This document shows positions 58,798 to 64,000 of a stretch of 64,000 nucleotides of DNA, piece by piece. Each line of letters starts with the position of its first letter. The stretch's first letter is position 1. The DNA comes from Desulfuromonadales bacterium (GTDB lineage Bacteria > Desulfobacterota > Desulfuromonadia > Desulfuromonadales > BM103), in NCBI GenBank assembly GCA_014860225.1, contig JACZKE010000063.1, forward strand, positions 22,477-86,476, given 5' to 3'. The position numbers and the translations under genes were made by a program. Under the pieces are notes generated by a model that searched no databases, was not told the DNA's origin, and saw only the letters and a program-made list of their open reading frames with translations.

Positions 58798-58876
58798 ACC
58801 TATCTCATTTTGCACCATCTATAAAAACACGAAAACCCTCGGTTCACGGATCGAGGGCTTTTCTTACATTGCATGG
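58798..58876 (-). repeat. CR-2 copy (reverse orientation)
   Basis: Reverse complement: CCATGCAATGTAAGAAAAGCCCTCGATCCGTGAACCGAGGGTTTTCGTGTTTTTATAGATGGTGCAAAATGAGATAGG. Confidence 0.8.
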
Positions 58877-59010
58877 TTAGTAAGAATTCTGCGTGCCAGC
58901 CAACACGCAACGACAAAATCGGTTGGCAAGGTTTCAGTTATTGATATGAGTCAATGCGGTGTTAAGCTATATAAAAAGTAAACGGCTAATACACACAAAG
59001 GAGTAACAGC

Positions 59011-59208
59011 ATGGCAAAGACACCCTGGGTTGACAAAGAGGAATGCATTAGCTGTGAACTGTGTGTCACAAATTGCCCTGACGTCTTTAGAATGGATGAA
59101 GACAACAAGGCTGAGTGTTTTAACCCAGAAGGATCATCAGAAGACGACATTCAAGCCAGCGCAATTGATGCTTGTCCGGTTTCTTGTATTCATTGGAAGG
59201 ACGAATAG
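59011..59208 (+). CDS. single-cluster ferredoxin
   Basis: 65 aa; CISCELC...CP ....CP motif pattern of small 3Fe/4Fe ferredoxins; AAGGAG SD. Confidence 0.7.
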   Translation: MAKTPWVDKEECISCELCVTNCPDVFRMDEDNKAECFNPEGSSEDDIQASAIDACPVSCIHWKDE

Positions 59209-59316
59209 CTATAAGTTGTCGTATTGCAGGCAAAGGAAGAAAACGCCTGAAAGGATGAAAGTCGAATTTATGGGACATCCCCTTGTCGCATTGGGAAAAT
59301 CTGTCAAAATTCTGCC

Positions 59317-59460
59317 ATGAACCGGAATCAAATCCGCAATGAAATTCGTACCAAATATGCTCGGGCCGCAAACTCTCCGGAAAAACTTTTCAAGTATCCG
59401 ACAGGGCGACCAGGTGCTCGCGGGCTCCATTTTCCACCCGTGATTGACACCCTCCCATTT
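59317..59460 (+). pseudogene. N-terminal remnant of a SAM-dependent (ArsM-like) methyltransferase
   Basis: MNRNQIRNEIRTKYARAANSPEKLFKYPTGRPGARGL..PPVIDTLP resembles the N-terminus of ArsM-type methyltransferases; similarity is lost after about 48 aa and the kinase gene follows. Confidence 0.3.
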
Positions 59461-59516
59461 CCCATTCTATTTCTTCAAACAAACCCCACCCATGCCGGGG
59501 CGCTTTCTGAAGACAT

Positions 59517-60590
59517 TTGGCATTGCCCTTACCCCTCGCGTTAGCGGGCACCATTTTGAAAAACCGAATCCTAGGTAGCTCCCTGCTCTTCATCTCCTTG
59601 GCAGGGCTCACCTTCGTCATCGACCTGAATCTTCCCCTCGGCGTTGCCGCCAGCAGTTTGTACATCCTGATCATTTTGCTCAGCGCCTTATACCCGGACC
59701 TGACCCTCCCTCTCTACTTGGCAATGCTTTGTAGCTTCCTAACCTTGGCTGGCGCTTTCTTGTCACCAGAGGGCGGCATTCTCTGGGTAGGTGTCATCAA
59801 TCGGTTCGTGACCATTCTGACCTTCTGGGGTAGCGCCGTCCTGATCGTCAGACGCCGTCGATCCGAGGAACAACTGCGCCGCTTGAACCTGGAACTCGAC
59901 GCCTTCGTCCGTACGGTTTCGCACGATTTGCGCTCACCTCTTTCACCTATCCTGGGATTCGCCGAATACCTGCGCAGCGAGCACAGCGCCAGCCTTCCCG
60001 CAGATGCGCAATTGGCCATAGAACAGATCGAGGAGCAAGGGCGACGCATGCACGCAATGCTCGAAGATCTGCTTCAACTGGCGATTGTAGGCTCGGTGGA
60101 GCGCCCCCAGGAGCCGATCGATACCGCGCGCCTGGTGAAAGAGGTGATAGTTCGTTGGACGCAAAAGGCGCACGATGTCAATTGCGAGCTGCGATACACA
60201 GGCGGCCTACCGCCCGTTCAGATTCCGGAGAGCATGCTCACCCTCATTCTGGACAACCTCGTCGGCAACGCGATTCGCTATGCTGGCAGCGACGGTGCGG
60301 TTGAGATCGGGGGAGAAAAGGTAACTGCGGGCATTCGCCTTTATGTGCGCGATTTTGGATCCGGCTTAAGCTTAGGTGAGCGAGAACGGGTCTTTGAACC
60401 TTTCGCACGCGGCAGCTCGGTCAAGTCGGCCCCAGGGACCGGGCTCGGCCTGGCCACCGTGCGCAAGCTGGCGATCCACTACGCAGGGTCCGCTTGGGTC
60501 GAGGAGACCCCAGGAGGCGGATGCACCTTCTTTGTTGAATTGTCAGATGCAAAACCGCTGCGTCACTGGTGGCGTCGGATGATAGGTTAA
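59517..60590 (+). CDS. membrane sensor histidine kinase
   Basis: 357 aa (start uncertain, non-ATG); 3-4 TM segments then H-box ..VSHDLRSPL.., ..DNLVGNAIRYAG.., ..RDFGSGL.., ..GTGLGLA.. Confidence 0.8.
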   Translation: MALPLPLALAGTILKNRILGSSLLFISLAGLTFVIDLNLPLGVAASSLYILIILLSALYPDLTLPLYLAMLCSFLTLAGAFLSPEGGILWVGVINRFVTILTFWGSAVLIVRRRRSEEQLRRLNLELDAFVRTVSHDLRSPLSPILGFAEYLRSEHSASLPADAQLAIEQIEEQGRRMHAMLEDLLQLAIVGSVERPQEPIDTARLVKEVIVRWTQKAHDVNCELRYTGGLPPVQIPESMLTLILDNLVGNAIRYAGSDGAVEIGGEKVTAGIRLYVRDFGSGLSLGERERVFEPFARGSSVKSAPGTGLGLATVRKLAIHYAGSAWVEETPGGGCTFFVELSDAKPLRHWWRRMIG

Positions 60591-60742
60591 AAAACCCAGC
60601 TTTGCGAAGTGGCCTAGAAGCCCATCAAGATTATGCGATCTTATCGCCTGGAGAATTTGTCGAGTTTCTCTCATTGCATGACCCGATTTCACACTGTGTG
60701 AGGGTCTTAAGGCATGTGACATGATTTATAAGACAAGAAGTA

Positions 60743-61333
60743 TCACGAACTGACAGATAACCAGATTTCGATTATTCCTCTTCGCATCAACATAACCGCA
60801 AAAGCTGCTAGCAGCAAACTGGCCACTTTGGAAATCATCATGGTGCCAGTTCGACCTACACGGTCGGATATGGGACGAGCCAACAGGAACAGGACTCCGA
60901 CCAGGCTGACGTTGACAATTAGCGCAGCAGCGGCCAACAATCTACCATAGGTATTGGCCAGTAGCAGACAGGCAGTCAGTACAGCGGGACCCGTGATCAG
61001 CGGTACGCCAAGTGGCACGGCCCCTAGACTGTTTGGATCGACTTGGCGAAGTTTTTTTTCTCCAGAGAGAAGATCACTCAAAGAGATGGCAAGCAGTAGA
61101 ATGCCCCCAGCAATCATGAAGTCAGGGATAGTTATCCCCAAGAAACCCAATAAGGAAGGGCCGGCAAAGAGAAAAGCCAGAGCGACCAGTGTGGCCGAGG
61201 ACACGGAATGTAAAATTACAGTCTTTATTTGCTTGGGTTCAAGACCCCCTGTCAGGCCGAGAAACATGGGCAAGATACCCGCCGCATCCACCGCGACAAA
61301 CAAGGAAACAAAACAAATCCAGAACGACTTCAT
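60743..61333 (-). CDS. MarC-family (UPF0056) membrane protein
   Basis: 196 aa, 6 TM; ..FVAVDAAGILPMFLGLTG.. typical MarC N-terminus. Confidence 0.75.
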   Translation of the reverse strand: MKSFWICFVSLFVAVDAAGILPMFLGLTGGLEPKQIKTVILHSVSSATLVALAFLFAGPSLLGFLGITIPDFMIAGGILLLAISLSDLLSGEKKLRQVDPNSLGAVPLGVPLITGPAVLTACLLLANTYGRLLAAAALIVNVSLVGVLFLLARPISDRVGRTGTMMISKVASLLLAAFAVMLMRRGIIEIWLSVSS

Positions 61334-61446
61334 ACCTTGCTCCTATAACCTGATGTCTTAACAGACAAAATCAATACTATCACTTGTCGATCGACGTTTT
61401 TCACAGGGTCAGCAGGAATTTTTCAGTACGGCCCAATAAGCACTCC

Positions 61447-61587
61447 CCCAAAACAATTCAGTAGCATTTATAAGAATCCTATCGTCTTATATGAGGGTTT
61501 GAAAAGGTTCGGCTCTATTCCGGTCCTGATATGAAAATTGGGGGAGGGAGCAGAATTGAAAAAGCCCCAACTGGGGATGGCTGGGGC
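61447..61587 (-). repeat. CR-3 copy 2 (reverse orientation)
   Basis: Reverse complement: GCCCCAGCCATCCCCAGTTGGGGCTTTTTCAATTCTGCTCCCTCCCCCAATTTT...ATAAATGCTACTGAATTGTT. Confidence 0.75.
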
Positions 61588-61623
61588 AAATAATGTCCTT
61601 AGACAACTGGCATTAAGTTGCCC

Positions 61624-62151
61624 CTAAAGGTTCTTCTTCTCAAAAAAACTGAATAGGAGTAAGCCTGCAATAACAACAATTGCTATGACCACCCAATGAT
61701 TTATTCCAAGTATTCCCGGCAGGGTAATTTTGCCAAAATCACCCCAAGTAAGAACAGTTTGTTTCATGAGAGGGAAAGCCTCTGCGTACACTGCCGCTCC
61801 CACCAGCATTCCGATGATACCCCAGAGAGCATCCCAACGACCTTCTGCAAGCGCTCCGGCTGAGGTGCCTGGACAGTATCCTAGCAAGCCCCATCCGATA
61901 CCGAAGATCAGACCACCAATGATGTTTCCTCCCAATAAAGTTGTTTTGATACTTAGTTTAGCTAGTTCTAGGTCAACCAAAAGATAGATTCCAACCATTC
62001 CCACTAAAACACTTGAAAGCATGAATTTAATGATGGTCATATCTTTGAACAACAGAGCGCCGAGTTGCTTGTCATAGCGTAAGACACGGCCCTTTTGAAG
62101 CAGAAAGCCAAAAGCTATGCCGGTTATCAGACCATAGATGAGCATTTTCAT
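61624..62151 (-). CDS. YeeE/YedE-family (sulfur/selenium transport, DUF395) membrane protein, second half-gene
   Basis: 175 aa, 4-5 TM; ..GWGLLGYCPGTSAG.. conserved Cys motif; ATGA overlap with the upstream half-gene. Confidence 0.75.
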   Translation of the reverse strand: MKMLIYGLITGIAFGFLLQKGRVLRYDKQLGALLFKDMTIIKFMLSSVLVGMVGIYLLVDLELAKLSIKTTLLGGNIIGGLIFGIGWGLLGYCPGTSAGALAEGRWDALWGIIGMLVGAAVYAEAFPLMKQTVLTWGDFGKITLPGILGINHWVVIAIVVIAGLLLFSFFEKKNL

Positions 62152-62678
62152 GGCTTGCTCCTTCTGTAGATGAGGTGGGCAACAAACATGCCGCCGATGA
62201 AGAAGCAGGCCAATGAAACAAAACCACTGATAGCTAGCTGGAGCGAACCGCTCAGCCCGTGACCGCTCGGTCAGCCATCAGCCAGCCTGGCTCCGTACAT
62301 CGCTATGGCACCCCCGGTAAAGGCGAAGACAGCTCTTTTGCCCTGGCTCTTAGATCCGAACCGCTTTTGCCATAGATCGGGTAAACCTTGCCATTTGAAG
62401 CTCTTTGAACTCAGAGCGGCAATTAAAGCCCCGATGAAAATGCCAACCACGAACATCCACTGCCAATCGATCTTCGGGGTGGTTTTTATGAAATACTCCA
62501 TTTGTGCGACTCGTTCGGGAGAGATGAAGTCTTCGAGCAAGCCGACAGTACGAACAAAAGTGGTTGAGGCCCCTAGGAAATGTCCCGCAATCCAGACCGA
62601 GAGAATGGACACGATTCCCGATAGTCCCCCTGCCAGATATGGGCTCCAACCTCCATCATTTGTGGACAAGTCTGCCAT
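62148..62678 (-). CDS. YeeE/YedE-family membrane protein, first half-gene, with in-frame UGA (62273-62271) read as selenocysteine
   Basis: The frame continues through TGA: ..GGAIAMYGARLADG-U-PSGHGLSGSLQLAISGFVSLACFFIGG..RRSKP, ending in an ATGA overlap with the next gene; the UGA sits where the family has GGC(T/A)SGHG. Confidence 0.7.
62237..62256 (-). promoter_or_regulatory. putative bacterial SECIS hairpin for the YeeE-like gene
   Basis: GCUGAGCG-GUU-CGCUC(C)AGC at +18 to +37 from the U of UGA; apical loop GUU. Confidence 0.45.
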
Positions 62679-63115
62679 ATTTTTCTCCTCTCGGATTTCA
62701 GCAGGAATCCGTAGGTGGTCCTTACAGCTTAATCAAGATTAAAGAATTACAATTTCATTGTACGGTAAGATTTGTTGAAAACAAGCATTCAGCGACATTT
62801 CCAAAACACCCCAGTGATAACCTGGAAACAACTCCCAGGAGCAGAGAACAAAAGACTGAAGTGTCTACAATACTGAGGGCGATTCAGTGCACGAGGATAG
62901 CTGCCAATCATTTTTCAATGGTGCCAAGAAAGGTTCAATTATCGTGATAAAATATTAATCAATAATCACCGGTAATTTTTGTGAGGAAAGGGGAGGAGCG
63001 AACAATGGCAGAAGCATTAAAACCCGGATGTAAAAGGCCCACAGGTGGCCCAACAGAAAATATGGCCCCTGAAGTCTCTCAGCAAGACACCGTATCTCCA
63101 AAGGAGGAAAAGAAA

Positions 63116-63730
63116 ATGATTATGGTCGGACAAAAGGCTCCGGACTTTACAGCTCCAGGGTATCTCAATGGCCAATTTGTAGAAGGAAAGCTTTCCGAAT
63201 ATTTTGGTGATGGCAAATGGGCATTGCTTTGTTTTTACCCAGGTGATTTCACATTTGTCTGAGCGACTGAGATTTCAGCAGTTGCTGAAAAATATGCAGA
63301 ATTCCAGAAATTGAACGTCAATGTGGTCTCCATGAGTATTGACAGTATGTTTGTCCACAAGATGTGGAATGATGACGAGTTGAGCAAGATGGTGGAAGGT
63401 GGTGTGCCGTTCCCGATGTTCTCCGATCCTGGCGGAACCATTGGGAAAATGTACGGTGTTTACGATGAGGGCATGGGCGTCGAGACTCGCGGCCGTTTTA
63501 TCATTGATCCGGATGGTAACATTCAGGGTTTCGAGGTGCTCACCCCGTCTGTTGGAAGAAATGTCAGCGAAACCCTGCGACAGATTCAAGCATTACAACT
63601 CGTTCGTGCATCTGATGGAACAGAAGCGACACCATCTGGATGGAAGCCCGGCAAAAAGACCCTTAAACCCGGAGTGAATCTGGTTGGGAATGTCTGGCGA
63701 GAGTGGTCTACAGATATGGCTTTCGATTAA
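63116..63730 (+). CDS. selenocysteine-containing peroxiredoxin (PrxU-like, 1-Sec type); UGA at 63260-63262
   Basis: MIMVGQKAPDFTAPGY...LLCFYPGDFTFV-U-ATEISAVAEKYAEFQKLNVNVVSMSIDS..; canonical FYPxDFTFVCPTE with TGA at the Cys codon; same frame as ORF 63311-63730; AAGGAGG SD. Confidence 0.85.
63273..63290 (+). promoter_or_regulatory. putative bacterial SECIS hairpin for prx
   Basis: UUUCAGC-AGUU-GCUGAAA; loop at +21 to +24 from the U of UGA. Confidence 0.5.
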
Positions 63731-63755
63731 ATAGTGATAATATAATTCTCTTTTT

Positions 63756-64000
63756 ATCGGGTAGGAGGCGGGATTACTCCCGCCGTCCTCCCACACCACC
63801 GTACGTACGGTTCCGTATACGGCGGTTAACGTTAAACGCTGAAAGCGGTGAAACTGGGTCAACAGGGATATCAGACCCAGTTTCCTGAAGTAGGATGTGT
63901 CAAAAGCTTCATTCATGTGCGAGGCTCCTGCATTCCACCAGGGGCCTCGTCCATTTTTGGTGCTTCGTCAGGCTCGTTCCTCTGACAACCCCCGTTGCAT
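63756..64000 (-). mobile_element. 3' end of a group II (class C-like) intron: maturase C-terminus, domain V, domain VI; continues beyond the window
   Basis: Reverse strand: DV CCGCCGUAUACG-GAAC-CGUA(CG)UACGGUGG (63825-63796) has a CGC triad, G-U wobble and 2-nt bulge; DVI GGGAGGAC GGCGGGA-GUAA-UCCCGCC UCCU[A]CCC (63792-63759) has a bulged A 7 nt from the proposed 3' end ..CCCGAU (63756); upstream frame encodes ..GRGPWWNAGASHMNEAFDTSYFRKLGLISLL.. Confidence 0.6.

Noticed and set aside
63593-63916. ORF 63593-63916 (107 aa) as an independent gene antisense to prx
   Set aside because: Its N-terminal part is the maturase C-terminus. The rest is read-through across intron domains V/VI into the exon opposite prx.
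63968-63970. TGA in the intron maturase tail as selenocysteine
   Set aside because: The position is not a redox Cys site, and I saw no SECIS-like hairpin. IEP decay is common. It is treated as a probable inactivating mutation, and the reading-frame assignment itself is only moderately certain.

Overview
All calls below come from reading the sequence and ORF translations by eye. No database search or structure or covariance computation was run. The window looks like a Desulfuromonadales-type (Geobacter/Desulfuromonas-like) chromosome, inferred from gene content. Positions 1-28 kb are a conserved core. It holds glpK, the mercury-methylation pair hgcA-hgcB translationally coupled to a DAHP synthase, and the yggT/divIVA/DUF167 block. 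It also holds rsgA, a contiguous C1/folate block (folD, metV-like, metF, gcvT-H-PA-PB), tonB, pta/ackA, hpt and a Rieske/cytochrome b/pentaheme cytochrome c module. A tRNA-Arg(CCG) at 27974-28050 marks the transition to a visibly more AT-rich, mosaic region of about 36 kb. That region carries a metal ABC uptake locus without an ATPase, an orphan nrfA with an FNR-type box, transporters, signalling proteins, small unknown genes and gene remnants. The most unusual feature lies between about 37 and 59 kb. Here one- or two-gene units are separated by several related repeat families, called CR-1, CR-2, CR-3, CR-X and R-core clusters. All are built around a core motif (..GTGAYAAATAAGAAA / CCTGCAATGTAAGAAA) placed directly 5' of a GC-rich hairpin. 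Repeat polarity flips near 53 kb, and no recombinase or transposase is present in the window. The right end holds two probable selenoprotein genes: a YeeE/YedE-family membrane protein with UGA at the conserved Cys, and a PrxU-like peroxiredoxin with UGA at the peroxidatic Cys. It also holds the 3' end (domains V/VI plus the maturase tail) of a group IIC-like intron running off the window. A DUF1456 gene carries a single in-frame amber codon.
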